Positions 7,214-18,092 are shown, counted from the stretch's first letter. The stretch is 64,000 nucleotides of DNA from an uncultured Gammaproteobacteria bacterium (GCA_964444415.1 CAYUHE010000002.1:40310-104309), one strand, 5' to 3'. The notes: generated from the letters alone by a model not told the origin. Numbers and translations: made by a program.

Positions 7214-9781
7214 TTATTCCACAAAAAGGCTTAACTGCGGCTCTTTTTTGACCTTTTCCTTTTGTTTTTTATCAAGATTTTTGCTGTGATCTTTTTGCAT
7301 TTTGCTCATAAGATTTTTAGAGCGTGCAATCACACTCTCAGGCAATCCCGCCATTTTTGCGACTTGAATACCATAACTGCGGCTGGTTCCACCGGGCACA
7401 ACTTTATAAAGAAAATCTATACCTTCGTCATTTTCGTTAATTGTCATTCTGAAATTTTTAATTGGCGAATACTCATTACACATTACATTTAGCTCATGGT
7501 AGTGTGTAGCAAAAATTGTACGGGCTTGAATTGAATTTGCAATATATTCAGAAACACTCCAAGCAATTGCAACACCATCGTAAGTACTTGTGCCGCGGCC
7601 AATTTCATCAAGCAAAATAAAACTTCTATCCGTTGCCGAGTTCAAAATCAAAGCAGTTTCATTCATCTCAACCATAAAAGTCGATTGACCTGTCGATAAA
7701 TCATCAACAGAACCGACTCGAGTAAATATTTTGTCCACAACCCCGATATGAGCAGATTGTGCAGGTACGAAACTTCCTATTTGGGTAAGCAAAATAATAA
7801 TAGCATTTTGACGCATATAGGTTGATTTTCCGGCCATATTGGGCCCTGTCAAAATAATAAATTGGGCATCATTTGAATTGTGCGAAAGCAATAAATCATT
7901 CGCCACATAATTTCCCATAGGCAAAAGTTGTTCTATAACAGGATGTCTACCTTCTTTGATAGATATCACCACAGAATTATCGACTATCGGGCAGGTATAT
8001 TTTTGCTCAGAAGCCACAGTAGCAAACGAAAGCAATACATCAAGTGCTGCAAGTGCTTCTGCAGTTTTCCTGATTTTTGTTACAAATTCCTTTGAATAAC
8101 TTCTCAAATCGCAAAAAATCTTATATTCAATCTCAGTACTTTTACTTTGAGCCGAAAGTACTTCTGTTTCGTGCTTTTTAAGCTCCGGCGTAATATATCT
8201 TTCCGCATTAGTAAGTGTTTGCTTGCGAGTATAATTATCCGGTACAGAATTCGAATTTGCATGAGTAATTTCGATAAAATACCCAAAAGCCTTACTAAAA
8301 GACACTTTTAAAGACCTAATGCCTGTTCTTTCTCTTTCTTTTGACTCAAATTCTTCAAGCCAATTGTGCCCCCCTGTCAACAATCCACGATAATAATCCA
8401 GCTCCGAATTTACGCCCTCTCTAATGAGATTGCCTTCTTTCAAATTCATAGAAGGACTATCAAGAATCGTCCTGTCTATAATTGAAGCCAGTTCAACCAA
8501 ATCAGAATTATCTTCTCCCAAAGCCTTGAGGTATTTTGAAGTTGAATTTTCAAGCAAAGCTTCAAATTCGGGTAAAACTACCAAAGAATCTTTAAGTGCG
8601 ACAAAATCCCTTGCATTTGCAGAGTCATTACTGATTTTAGTGGCAAGGCGTTCAATGTCATAAACCTTATTCAGAAGGGTTTTTAGACGAATTGAAAGAT
8701 GCGGATTTGAAAGAATTTCGCTCACGCTTTTTTGCCTGTCTTTTATGGCATCAATATTTTGTAGAGGTTGCTGAACCCATTGAGCCAAAAACCTTGCACC
8801 CATATTTGTGCAAGTTCTGTCGATTGCCCAAAGCAAAGAACCTTTTTTATTTTTGTCACGCATAGTTTCTTTGAGTTCAAGATTTTTTCTAGTCGCTGAA
8901 TCCATTGATACATAAGCATCTAAGCTGTATGGTGAAATCACATCGAATTTTGGCATATTATCAAGCTGAGTTTTTTCGATGTAATCAATAATCGCTCCTG
9001 CCGAGATAATTCCTATCTTGAAATCATCGTAGCCAAAGGGTTCTAGCGAATTTACATTGAAAATTTCTTTGATTTTGCGAGTAGCAAAATTTTCGCTAAA
9101 AACAGAATAATCGCACTTAGTGCAATTATAGTTTTGGTAAATTTCTTTTGGCACATCGAATTTTTCTTCCGGCACAACTTGAAATGGCATAAGTTTCATT
9201 TTTTTGACGGGAATAAGAATTTCTGACGGTGAAATCCTTGCCAATTCAGCGTTTAACTGTTCCAGAGTGGCTTTTGTAATTTTGAATTCTGCAGTTGAAA
9301 TATCAATATAGGCAAGCCCAAAAAGCTTTGAGGGTTTATCTTCAAAAACCGCGCAAAGATAGTTATTTTTGCTTGAATCTAAAAGGTTTGAATCTGTGAT
9401 AGTTCCTGCTGTTATGGTTTTGACTACACGTCTTTCGACCAATCCTTTGGCCTCTTTCGGGTCTTGAACCTGTTCGCAAATTGCGATTTTTCGACCTTTT
9501 TCGATTAATTTTGAAATATAAATTTCAGCAGCTTTAACAGGAACTCCTGCCATTGGAACACGGCCTAAAGCCCCACCTTCTCTACTTGTAAGGGTTATTT
9601 CCAAGTCTTTGGCGGCAAAGATTGCATCTTCAAAAAAAGTTTCATAAAAATCGCCCATACGATACAAAAGAATTGTATCAGGGTAGTTTTTTTTGATTTC
9701 CAAGAACTGATTTAGCATTGGTGTTGCGAGGCTCAAGTCAATTTCGTGGGAATATAATTCGCAAATTTTCTTCTCTTCCAA
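7214..9781 (-). CDS. mutS: DNA mismatch repair protein MutS
   Basis: 855 aa. N-terminal mismatch-binding GDFYETF, Walker A GPNMAGKSTYMRQ, STFMVEM, and DEIGRGTSTYDG. Confidence 0.97.
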   Translation of the reverse strand: MEEKKICELYSHEIDLSLATPMLNQFLEIKKNYPDTILLYRMGDFYETFFEDAIFAAKDLEITLTSREGGALGRVPMAGVPVKAAEIYISKLIEKGRKIAICEQVQDPKEAKGLVERRVVKTITAGTITDSNLLDSSKNNYLCAVFEDKPSKLFGLAYIDISTAEFKITKATLEQLNAELARISPSEILIPVKKMKLMPFQVVPEEKFDVPKEIYQNYNCTKCDYSVFSENFATRKIKEIFNVNSLEPFGYDDFKIGIISAGAIIDYIEKTQLDNMPKFDVISPYSLDAYVSMDSATRKNLELKETMRDKNKKGSLLWAIDRTCTNMGARFLAQWVQQPLQNIDAIKDRQKSVSEILSNPHLSIRLKTLLNKVYDIERLATKISNDSANARDFVALKDSLVVLPEFEALLENSTSKYLKALGEDNSDLVELASIIDRTILDSPSMNLKEGNLIREGVNSELDYYRGLLTGGHNWLEEFESKERERTGIRSLKVSFSKAFGYFIEITHANSNSVPDNYTRKQTLTNAERYITPELKKHETEVLSAQSKSTEIEYKIFCDLRSYSKEFVTKIRKTAEALAALDVLLSFATVASEQKYTCPIVDNSVVISIKEGRHPVIEQLLPMGNYVANDLLLSHNSNDAQFIILTGPNMAGKSTYMRQNAIIILLTQIGSFVPAQSAHIGVVDKIFTRVGSVDDLSTGQSTFMVEMNETALILNSATDRSFILLDEIGRGTSTYDGVAIAWSVSEYIANSIQARTIFATHYHELNVMCNEYSPIKNFRMTINENDEGIDFLYKVVPGGTSRSYGIQVAKMAGLPESVIARSKNLMSKMQKDHSKNLDKKQKEKVKKEPQLSLFVE

Positions 9782-9881
9782 AGATTTATACCTTATTTTA
9801 TAAGTTTACTTAACAAAATTATAAAACGAAACATATTTAATTTATAATAATGTTAAGCAAGTATTACGAGGAGGACAAAAA

Positions 9882-10496
9882 ATGGGCTGTATTGTAAGAA
9901 TTTTACAAATAATAATTTTGATTTTGGCTTACATAGGATTTCAATCTCTTGGCGGAATGAAATTTGTGCAAGATTCTTTCAATGATTTCACAAAACCAAG
10001 CGAAGAAAAAACCACCGTATCAGCCAGCAAAATGCTCGATGTGTCAAGACTTTCAGATGATTATGTTATTTCAAAAGCATTTGATGTTTTTGGAATGAAA
10101 GTAATAGAAGCTGAATATCAAAAGTCCCCTCAAACAATCTGCTTGATTGACTCAAAAGGACTGATAAAACTGACTAAAGAGGATTTTTATGATGATAAAA
10201 TTGCTGCAATTCTTGAAAATCTTCTTAGCAAATTTGCCTATCAGGCAATCCGAATCGAAAACCTCAAAATCATTCGCTCAGGAAGTTTTGTGGCAATGAA
10301 TAAGCAAAAAATACCTTACATCATTTTTGAAGCCGATGTCATAAGGGGGAATTCACCAAAAATGTTTGGTATGCTTGGTGTTACAGAAGGTGCCGATGGG
10401 GAAAATGACATAATTTTGTCCTTCACAACAACAGGAAAATACAACCAAATAGTTACAGAAAACTTCTTTCGTCAGGTAAATTATAATGACATTTAA
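9882..10496 (+). CDS. hypothetical membrane-anchored protein (occupies the position upstream of rsmH where mraZ usually sits)
   Basis: 204 aa with a strong SD GAGGAGG. N-terminal TM segment ILQIIILILAYIGF. Its 3' end overlaps the rsmH start by 11 nt. It shows no MraZ-like SpoVT/AbrB repeats. Confidence 0.75.
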   Translation: MGCIVRILQIIILILAYIGFQSLGGMKFVQDSFNDFTKPSEEKTTVSASKMLDVSRLSDDYVISKAFDVFGMKVIEAEYQKSPQTICLIDSKGLIKLTKEDFYDDKIAAILENLLSKFAYQAIRIENLKIIRSGSFVAMNKQKIPYIIFEADVIRGNSPKMFGMLGVTEGADGENDIILSFTTTGKYNQIVTENFFRQVNYNDI

Positions 10497-11412
10497 TCAT
10501 TACCCTGTAATGCTTGAAGAAATAATTGAAGGGCTAGAATGCACGCCCGGTAAGGTTTATTTTGATGCAACCTTAGGCGGTGGCGGATATTCTTATGAAA
10601 TCGCAAAAAGAATTGGCAATGAAGGGCTATTGATTTCAACAGATGTCGATGATGATGCGATAGCTGCAGCAAAAGAAAAACTGCAAGAATTTGACAATGT
10701 AAAAATCTTCAAAAAAAATTATTCCAAAATCCCTGAAATCTTAGAAGAATTAGGGTTGGATGGAATTTCCGGAGGTATTGTTTTTGATCTTGGAGCTTCT
10801 TATCACCAATTGACCTCTGATAGCAGAGGGTTTAGTTTTTCAAAAGATTCAAAACTCGACATGCGCTATGATTTGACCTCGCAAAAAACTGCTTATGATG
10901 TAATAAATGATTATTCCGAAGACAATCTGGTCGAAATCTTCTCTGAGTATGCCCAAGAGCGATTTTCAAAAACCATTGCCAGAGAAATTGTAAAGCAAAG
11001 GAAACTTAAACCGTTTGAAACTACAAAAGAATTGGCTGATTTTATATGCAAATCAGTACCTTTCAAAACAGGTCATATTCACCCAGCCACAAAGGTTTTT
11101 CAGGCTGTCCGCATAGAAGTAAATGACGAACTTAAAAATTTGCAACAAACTTTAGATAAAGTTGTTCCATTATTGAAAAAAGATGCTAAAATAGTTATAG
11201 TGAGTTTTCACTCGTTGGAAGATAGGATTGTCAAACAGGCTTTTAAAAAATACAGTTCGGATTGTAATTGTAGGCCAAACGACCCGATTTGCCTTTGTAA
11301 GTCAAGGAAATTAGAGTTGTCAAACAAAAAACCTATTTTAGCCTCAGAAATTGAAGTTAGAAAAAATCCACCATCGAGAAGTGCGAAATTGAGAGCAGCC
11401 AAAGGGCTCTAA
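10486..11412 (+). CDS. rsmH: 16S rRNA (cytosine1402-N4)-methyltransferase RsmH/MraW
   Basis: 308 aa. HYPVMLEE start, SAM motif DATLGGGGYS, and VSFHSLEDRIVK. Confidence 0.95.
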   Translation: MTFNHYPVMLEEIIEGLECTPGKVYFDATLGGGGYSYEIAKRIGNEGLLISTDVDDDAIAAAKEKLQEFDNVKIFKKNYSKIPEILEELGLDGISGGIVFDLGASYHQLTSDSRGFSFSKDSKLDMRYDLTSQKTAYDVINDYSEDNLVEIFSEYAQERFSKTIAREIVKQRKLKPFETTKELADFICKSVPFKTGHIHPATKVFQAVRIEVNDELKNLQQTLDKVVPLLKKDAKIVIVSFHSLEDRIVKQAFKKYSSDCNCRPNDPICLCKSRKLELSNKKPILASEIEVRKNPPSRSAKLRAAKGL

Positions 11413-11424
11413 GGGAGAAAGATT

Positions 11425-11856
11425 ATGGCGAATGCCAAATTAGCTAATAATTATAAAGTTCAAAATAAACCTAATAATGCGGCAGATATTATAAATGCTA
11501 ATTTTCCGGTTTATAGAAGCTTAAAAAATGTTAGACTGGCAAATTTAAATAAATTTTTGTCATTTGTTTTGGCTTCGGCAATGGTTTTTTCTTTTGGAAT
11601 GTACTCTTTTGTGGTTTCCAAACAAAAACAGCTCGAAACAATGCATGAAGCTACAAAAGCTATCAACAATGAAAATTTAGACCTTAAAACCAAGCTCGAT
11701 TATTTGAAATCTTTTGATAACGTAAATGAAAAAATTATGGCTTCAGGAAATTTGCAACAACCTGTCAAAATCATTGAAGTTAATACCAGAATTCCTAATA
11801 TTAACGTAAAAGTTCAATCGAAAAGTAAAGAAATAGGTTCAATGCTCGGATACTAA
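11425..11856 (+). CDS. FtsL-like cell-division protein (bitopic, TM plus coiled coil)
   Basis: 143 aa. A single TM (FLSFVLASAMVFSFGMYSFVV) is followed by a heptad-like segment. Its position between rsmH and the PBP gene is the canonical ftsL slot. Confidence 0.6.
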   Translation: MANAKLANNYKVQNKPNNAADIINANFPVYRSLKNVRLANLNKFLSFVLASAMVFSFGMYSFVVSKQKQLETMHEATKAINNENLDLKTKLDYLKSFDNVNEKIMASGNLQQPVKIIEVNTRIPNINVKVQSKSKEIGSMLGY

Positions 11857-11860
11857 ATTT

Positions 11861-13606
11861 ATGTCAAAAAAGCTATACAAAATCAGTCAAGATCCTAACA
11901 AAAACAACAAACGTATAGCTTGGGTGCGAAAATTAGTTCTTTTTATTATGCTCGCCATAATTTGCAAATTGTTTTTCTTGCAAATTTGGGATGTTGATAA
12001 TTTGAAAAAAAAAGCCAGCATCAGACGACAAAGCAGAATTTTAAACCAAGCCATGAGAGGCGACATCGTTGATATAAAAGGCTCTATGCTTGTCACATCA
12101 AGATGTTACTATGATATTTATATAGACCCTAGGCAAATAAGAACCACTCCCGATGAGGTTTCTAGCCAACTTAGTCCTATTCTGGGAATTCCCAAAAATG
12201 TAATCTTGCACAAAATTAATAATGAAAAAAGAACAGTCATATTGGCGAAAAATGTTGATATAACTACAAATAAAAAACTCCGCAAATTGGGACTCAGATG
12301 CCTTGATATAATTCAAAAACCTGGCAGAGAATACCCTCAAGGCAAACTTGCTGCTCATGTTTTAGGATACGTAAATCCTGATGCTGGTATTTATGCAGGG
12401 GTGGAAAGTACCGCTCAACGCGCTCTTGAGGATATGCCTGAATTCAAAGCAATAGAAACAAGTGCCAGCGGGGAAATTATTTACGACCTAAAAACCGACC
12501 CCAGCAGGGCTCTAAATCCGATTAAAGGCAAAAAAATAACGCTGACTTTGGATACAATTGTGCAACATATAGCAGAAGTTGAACTTCGAAAAGGTGTTGA
12601 AAAATACAATGCAGATAGAGGCTGCGTCATCGTAATGAACCCCAAAAACGGCGAAATCTTAGCTTTTGCGATTGCCCCGGGGTATGAGCCTTTAAATTAC
12701 CGCAAATATGACCAAAAAATCGTTAAAAATTGGGCCCTAACAGATGTTTACCCCCCAGGGTCGACCTTCAAAGTTTTAACAATTGCTTCTGCGCTTGAAA
12801 CAGGCGTTATTAATGAAAATTTCACTATTATGGATACAGGCAAAATCAAAATTCAAGGTTATGAAATAAAAAACTACGACTATTCAAAACACCCCTTTCC
12901 TGGAATTATTGACTTACATTACCTTTTTGAACACAGCAGTAACGTCGGAAGTTTAAAAATCGGATTGATGATGAGCGATGACCAGTTTTATGCGATGCTT
13001 CGAAAATTCAATATGGGCCAAAAAACAGGTGTTGACCTTCCTGGAGAATCATCTGGAATTCTTCCTAAACCACCTTGGCAAACAGTAAGACAAGCCACGG
13101 TCAGTTTTGGTTACAGTTTGGCGGCAACTCCAATGCAAATGGCTGCTGCGGTTGCTTCAATTGCCAATAACGGGACTTGGATAACTCCTCATATTATCAA
13201 ATATTCGCCCGAAGAACTTCCTTTGCACGTCAAAACTAAACAAACAATAAAGCCTGAAACAGCCAAAAAGCTTACCAAACTTTTAGAATACAGCGTTAGA
13301 AATTCTAAAGCTGATGTTGGAAAAATTCCAAACTTCACCGTGGCAGGAAAAACAGGAACCTCAAACAAGCCAAAAGCCAATGGTATTGGGTATACAAAAG
13401 AAATGTACACTTCTTTTGTAGGGTTTTTCCCGTCGACAAATCCTGAAGTTTTAGTAGTAGTAGTTATAGACAATCCAAGAGGCGGAAATGTTTGGGGCAG
13501 TACAGTTGCAGGACCTATTTTTAATGAAATAGCCGCACAAATGATACGCATTCGAAATATGAAACCTGATGCACCCGGATTACACGTAAAAGGAACTGCT
13601 CAATGA
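11861..13606 (+). CDS. ftsI: class B penicillin-binding protein / peptidoglycan D,D-transpeptidase (FtsI type)
   Basis: 581 aa with an N-terminal TM anchor. Active-site motifs STFK (GSTFKVLT), SSN (HSSNVG) and KTGT (AGKTGTS). Confidence 0.92.
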   Translation: MSKKLYKISQDPNKNNKRIAWVRKLVLFIMLAIICKLFFLQIWDVDNLKKKASIRRQSRILNQAMRGDIVDIKGSMLVTSRCYYDIYIDPRQIRTTPDEVSSQLSPILGIPKNVILHKINNEKRTVILAKNVDITTNKKLRKLGLRCLDIIQKPGREYPQGKLAAHVLGYVNPDAGIYAGVESTAQRALEDMPEFKAIETSASGEIIYDLKTDPSRALNPIKGKKITLTLDTIVQHIAEVELRKGVEKYNADRGCVIVMNPKNGEILAFAIAPGYEPLNYRKYDQKIVKNWALTDVYPPGSTFKVLTIASALETGVINENFTIMDTGKIKIQGYEIKNYDYSKHPFPGIIDLHYLFEHSSNVGSLKIGLMMSDDQFYAMLRKFNMGQKTGVDLPGESSGILPKPPWQTVRQATVSFGYSLAATPMQMAAAVASIANNGTWITPHIIKYSPEELPLHVKTKQTIKPETAKKLTKLLEYSVRNSKADVGKIPNFTVAGKTGTSNKPKANGIGYTKEMYTSFVGFFPSTNPEVLVVVVIDNPRGGNVWGSTVAGPIFNEIAAQMIRIRNMKPDAPGLHVKGTAQ

Positions 13607-15081
13607 AATTGAATAAAATATCTGACTATGTAAAACCCTCTTTGATATTGAATTCGACCGATATCGAAATCACAGGAATTTCTTACAACTCAAAAACCAC
13701 CGAAAAAGGCGATATTTTTGTTTGTATGGTCGGAGAGCATTCTGATGGACATAATTATGCACAAATGGCTATCGAAAAAGGTGCTTCTGCCGTGATAGCG
13801 CAACAAGAATTGGAGTTAGATGTTCCGATTTTACTGGTTGAAGACACAAGTTTGGCGCTTGGAAAGCTTGCAAATGTATTTTATGAATTTCCCTCAAAAG
13901 ACCTTTTCTTAGTAGGTGTTACTGGCACTAACGGCAAAACAACTGTTACGCATTTGATAGAAAATATTTTTGAACATGCAAGCAAACCTTGTGGACTTAT
14001 CGGTACTTTGGGGCAACGGATTTCATCTGAAGCAGTTTATACAGATGCCAAACATACGACTCCGCAAGCGCCTGAACTTCAAGAAACTCTTCGCAAAATG
14101 ATTGACAATAAACTCGAAAACGTTGTAATGGAAGTGAGTTCGCACGCTCTTGAACAGCATCGCATTGAAGGTTGCGAATTCAATGGGGCGGTATTTACCA
14201 ATTTAACGCAAGATCATTTGGACTATCACATTACAATGACAAATTATTCAAAAGCGAAAGCAAAATTGTTTTCGATGTTAAAAAATTCAAAAGAAAATCA
14301 TTTTGCAGTAATAAATTTGGATGATGACTATGCAATGGATATGCTTAGTGCCACACCGCGTGACGCTGAAATTTTGGCATATTCTATACATAATGAAAAA
14401 GCTGATATTATTGCCCAAAACATCAGTTATTCTTCATTTGGAGCCAATTTTGACTGCAAAACACCTTTCGGGCTGAAAAAAATAAATCTTCAAATGACAG
14501 GGGAATTCAGTATTTATAATGCTCTTGCCGCTTTATGTGCAGGTATTTTGTCAGGCGTTGAAATCGATACTTGCATAAAAGCTCTTGAAGCCACAAAAAA
14601 TGTTTCGGGAAGATTTGAAGTTGTATCGACAGAACCCTTGATAATAGTGGATTATGCCCACACGCCTGATGGACTTGATAATGTTTTAAGGGCGGCAAAA
14701 GAACTCGTCAAAGACGGCGAATTAATTTGCTTATTTGGCTGTGGCGGCGACAGAGATGCCACAAAACGCCCGAAAATGGCACATATTGCTGATGAATTGG
14801 CAGATAAAGTTGTTATAACTTCTGACAATCCTCGTTCAGAAGACCCTCAACAAATAATCACAGATATTTTGGCAGGGATAAAATCTCTTGACGGAGACAG
14901 AATTTTTGTCGACATTGACAGACGAGAAGCTATCGAGCGTGTTGTCAAAATGGCAAAATCCAATGATGTCATCGTTGTAGCTGGTAAAGGACATGAAGAT
15001 TACCAGATTTTGAAAGATGAAACAATTCACTTCGATGATAGAGAAGAAGTGAAAAGAGCGATTGATTTGTTAAAAATTTAA
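13603..15081 (+). CDS. murE: UDP-N-acetylmuramoyl-L-alanyl-D-glutamate--2,6-diaminopimelate ligase
   Basis: 492 aa. ATP-binding GVTGTNGKTT and the DAP-type DNPR motif (TSDNPRSEDP). ATGA start/stop overlap with the PBP gene. Confidence 0.95.
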   Translation: MKLNKISDYVKPSLILNSTDIEITGISYNSKTTEKGDIFVCMVGEHSDGHNYAQMAIEKGASAVIAQQELELDVPILLVEDTSLALGKLANVFYEFPSKDLFLVGVTGTNGKTTVTHLIENIFEHASKPCGLIGTLGQRISSEAVYTDAKHTTPQAPELQETLRKMIDNKLENVVMEVSSHALEQHRIEGCEFNGAVFTNLTQDHLDYHITMTNYSKAKAKLFSMLKNSKENHFAVINLDDDYAMDMLSATPRDAEILAYSIHNEKADIIAQNISYSSFGANFDCKTPFGLKKINLQMTGEFSIYNALAALCAGILSGVEIDTCIKALEATKNVSGRFEVVSTEPLIIVDYAHTPDGLDNVLRAAKELVKDGELICLFGCGGDRDATKRPKMAHIADELADKVVITSDNPRSEDPQQIITDILAGIKSLDGDRIFVDIDRREAIERVVKMAKSNDVIVVAGKGHEDYQILKDETIHFDDREEVKRAIDLLKI

Positions 15082-15158
15082 TCTCAATAATAGCCCCACA
15101 AGATAATGCCTTTACTTAAATTATAAGTTAACGTAATTAAATAAAAAGGGGGTTTTTT

Positions 15159-15587
15159 ATGTTGGATGAAAAATTAATAACAGGGCTTGAAAAACTTGAT
15201 GAACAGCATGAAATTGTCCTGTCAAACATTCACGAAATTAAAAAAGCCATCAAGGATAAACTCTCAAAAGAAAAAATAATTGGATTAATAGACTCTCTGG
15301 ATTTTTATGCAAATGAGCATTTTGACTATGAAGAATGCTTGGCAGAACTTTGTGAATTTTCTAGAATAAAAGAATTTAAAGATTCCCACAATGATTTTCG
15401 AAACCATTACAAAATGATTAAACAATTCTATGAACCTAAAAAAGAACTAACGCCCATTATTTATGGATTACTTCTTGCAACAGTTCTGGAGAATTGGCTA
15501 CAATTCCATTTTGACTATATCGAATACGAATTCATCGCTCTACTCAAAAAATGTATAGCCGAAGGATTAGACATCTCTAATATTTAA
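15159..15587 (+). CDS. hemerythrin-like metal-binding domain protein
   Basis: 142 aa with SD AAGGGGG. His/Glu pattern LDEQH…, NEHFDYEE, SHNDFRNH and WLQFHFDY resembles bacteriohemerythrin ligand spacing. Confidence 0.55.
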   Translation: MLDEKLITGLEKLDEQHEIVLSNIHEIKKAIKDKLSKEKIIGLIDSLDFYANEHFDYEECLAELCEFSRIKEFKDSHNDFRNHYKMIKQFYEPKKELTPIIYGLLLATVLENWLQFHFDYIEYEFIALLKKCIAEGLDISNI

Positions 15588-18073
15588 ATTTGTTTTTCGA
15601 AACTATCGACATTAATATCGAGCTTTTCACCGATTTTGATAAGTTTTTTAGCTAATTTTCTAATTTTTACATCTTTTGAATGCAAAGTTATTTCCATAAT
15701 CTCAGGAAGCTTATCAAATATTTTTTCGAAATAAATATTTTGAGATTCTTGCAAATCTAATTTGATTTTAAGCGTTTCAGCTTTGCTCAAAATATCCGCA
15801 ACTATCTCTGCTTCTTTCAGCTCGATATTTTTAGCCAATTTTTTGAGATTTTTGGCTAGTTCTTGTTCAAAAAGCTGGCTAGCTTTTTTGGTATCCAAAA
15901 CAATCTTCAAAATATTTGCTTCTTTAATAATATCATTCGCATCATGAATGATATCTTGACCCAAAATATCTTCAGCCGTCTCAAAGATAGAATTAAAATC
16001 CTTACTGAGAGTGTACTTTGAAACAATTTTCATTTCAGGAGGCACATCAACACCAAGCTCACTCAATTGTACAATCGTATCTCGGCTTTCCTCATACATT
16101 GTGCGGAAATTCGATGAAAACTTCGTAACTTTATCACTAAGATGCATTGCCAAAAGCTCTCTTCTCTCTTCTACAAACATATTATCCAAAGTGAAATAAT
16201 CTTTTGCAAAATACTCGTCTAATGTCCGGATAACTTCGGTCAGAGGTGACGTGGCATATTTATCAATCAATTCTTTTTTGATTTTTTCATATTTTTGAAC
16301 AGACGTAAAATCAGTAACGGTACAATGAAAATCACCGCCTGAAAATCTCAATATCGCGAAAATAAAATCCTGAACGGAAAGAGTAATTTTGCTCTTAACC
16401 TTAATTCGTCCAATCGCAAGAGTCGTATTGCTTTTTTGAAGTTTGCGATAATCCATTTTTTCGATATTGTAGCAATAAATATTATCTTCATCAGCAGGGT
16501 CATTGTACAAAGACCTTAGAGCCCATTGAGTAACTATCTGTTTTCTTTGAACTACTGCGGGTTTGACAAATTTTTCATATATTTGACGCCCATTGCCGTA
16601 AGTTGGAATATTACTTTGAGCTTTTTCCAAAATTTTCAAGAAAGGTTCTTCAAGGTCTTTATCTGAAAAATTGATTGCAAGCTCCATAGCTCTTGCCGCA
16701 TATTTCAAAATTTGCGTTGTTTCAATTCCTGAAATTTCAGAGAAGAACCAGCCGCAACTTGTATACATAAGCATCGCTTGACGCTGCATTTCAAGAAGTC
16801 TCAAAACAGCCGTTTTTTCTTCTGAACTCAAAACATGAAGCTGATGCTTTTTGAAAAATTTGTTCATTGTCAATTCATTTCTATCTAAAATGACATTGAT
16901 ATAATCCTCACGTGCTTCCCAAGCATCTTTTAAATATTTTGTGATACTGGTTTCATAAACTACAACCAATTCATCACGAAGCCAATCAAGTGCATCTCGA
17001 AGATGTTTACGCCATTTTTGATTCCAGCCGGCATGACCACCTGTTGAACATCCGCAATCATCACTCCATCTTCCAACCCCATGAAAACAGCTCCAAGAAG
17101 AAGGTTCTTTTACATCTGCTTCAAAAGCAGCGGGGTGTTTTTCCAAATACTCGGCATAATTTGTGATGACAAATCCAACTTCTTTGGCACGTTTTTTGAG
17201 AACATAAGACAATGCCATATCGCCAAAATGAGTATGGTGTCCATAACTTTCGCCATCTGTACCGATATTGACCAATTGGTCATAATCCCTATCTGGAGCC
17301 ACACCTTCTTGCAGTCTGTTCACAAATTTGTTGCCGTCTTTAAGCAAATTATCAAAAGCTACAGAACGAGAAATCGCACCGTCATAGAAAAATATGTCGA
17401 TATATTTTTTAGGATTATTTTTGACATAATAACGATAAGCTTGCGCAGGGTCTACATTTCCCCAACTAACATCTTGCCACTCTTGAGCTCCGATTTTACG
17501 AACTTTTGCAGCCTGATACGGAGACAAAACGGTGTATTTTATGCCGCAATCACACAAAACCTCAAAAATTTCATCATCAACAGCCGTCTCAGCAAGCCAA
17601 ATGCCTTCAGGCTTACGCCCAAATCTATATTCAAAATCTTTTATTCCCCAAATTGTTTGAGTATACTTGTCACGAGAATTTGCAAGAGGCATAATCATAT
17701 GATTATAAACCTGTGCAATGGCATTGCCGTGACCTGAGTATAATGCCTGACTTTCTCTATCGGCTTGAATAATTCTCTCATAAGTCAAAGGAGCATGCTC
17801 TTGAAGCCACGACATCAAAGTCGGACCGAAATTGAAACTCATGTACTTATAATTGTTGACTATATCAAGAATTTTGTTATGCCCATCAACAATTCTGGAG
17901 ACAGAATTTGGGTTATAACATTCATTATTTATACGCGAATTCCAATCATGCCAAGGAAGCGCACTTTCTTGCAACTCGATAGCATCAAGCCAAGGATTTT
18001 CTCTCGGAGGCTGATAAAAATGACCATGTATGGTTAAATAATTTTTCTTTTCTCTCATCTCGACTAATCCCAA
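15584..18073 (-). CDS. glycoside hydrolase family 57 protein (alpha-glucan-active) with a long helical C-terminal region
   Basis: 829 aa. The N-terminal HGHFYQPPRENPW plus WLAETAVD and GTDGESYGHH are typical of the GH57 catalytic domain. Confidence 0.85.
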   Translation of the reverse strand: MGLVEMREKKNYLTIHGHFYQPPRENPWLDAIELQESALPWHDWNSRINNECYNPNSVSRIVDGHNKILDIVNNYKYMSFNFGPTLMSWLQEHAPLTYERIIQADRESQALYSGHGNAIAQVYNHMIMPLANSRDKYTQTIWGIKDFEYRFGRKPEGIWLAETAVDDEIFEVLCDCGIKYTVLSPYQAAKVRKIGAQEWQDVSWGNVDPAQAYRYYVKNNPKKYIDIFFYDGAISRSVAFDNLLKDGNKFVNRLQEGVAPDRDYDQLVNIGTDGESYGHHTHFGDMALSYVLKKRAKEVGFVITNYAEYLEKHPAAFEADVKEPSSWSCFHGVGRWSDDCGCSTGGHAGWNQKWRKHLRDALDWLRDELVVVYETSITKYLKDAWEAREDYINVILDRNELTMNKFFKKHQLHVLSSEEKTAVLRLLEMQRQAMLMYTSCGWFFSEISGIETTQILKYAARAMELAINFSDKDLEEPFLKILEKAQSNIPTYGNGRQIYEKFVKPAVVQRKQIVTQWALRSLYNDPADEDNIYCYNIEKMDYRKLQKSNTTLAIGRIKVKSKITLSVQDFIFAILRFSGGDFHCTVTDFTSVQKYEKIKKELIDKYATSPLTEVIRTLDEYFAKDYFTLDNMFVEERRELLAMHLSDKVTKFSSNFRTMYEESRDTIVQLSELGVDVPPEMKIVSKYTLSKDFNSIFETAEDILGQDIIHDANDIIKEANILKIVLDTKKASQLFEQELAKNLKKLAKNIELKEAEIVADILSKAETLKIKLDLQESQNIYFEKIFDKLPEIMEITLHSKDVKIRKLAKKLIKIGEKLDINVDSFEKQI

Positions 18074-18092
18074 TTAAATATTAATCCAAAAT

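Noticed and set aside
17081-17737. Long antisense or out-of-frame ORFs inside well-supported genes. Examples: 17081..17737 (218 aa, in GH57), 21767..22264 (165 aa, in recN), 622..1071, 13189..13551, 36316..36708, 59398..59796 and 25670..26062.
   Set aside because: Each lies entirely within a longer ORF with clear family motifs or better coding features. The translations are low-complexity Ser/Phe/Leu/Ile-rich, as expected for antisense frames of AT-rich, Lys/Glu/Asn-rich genes.
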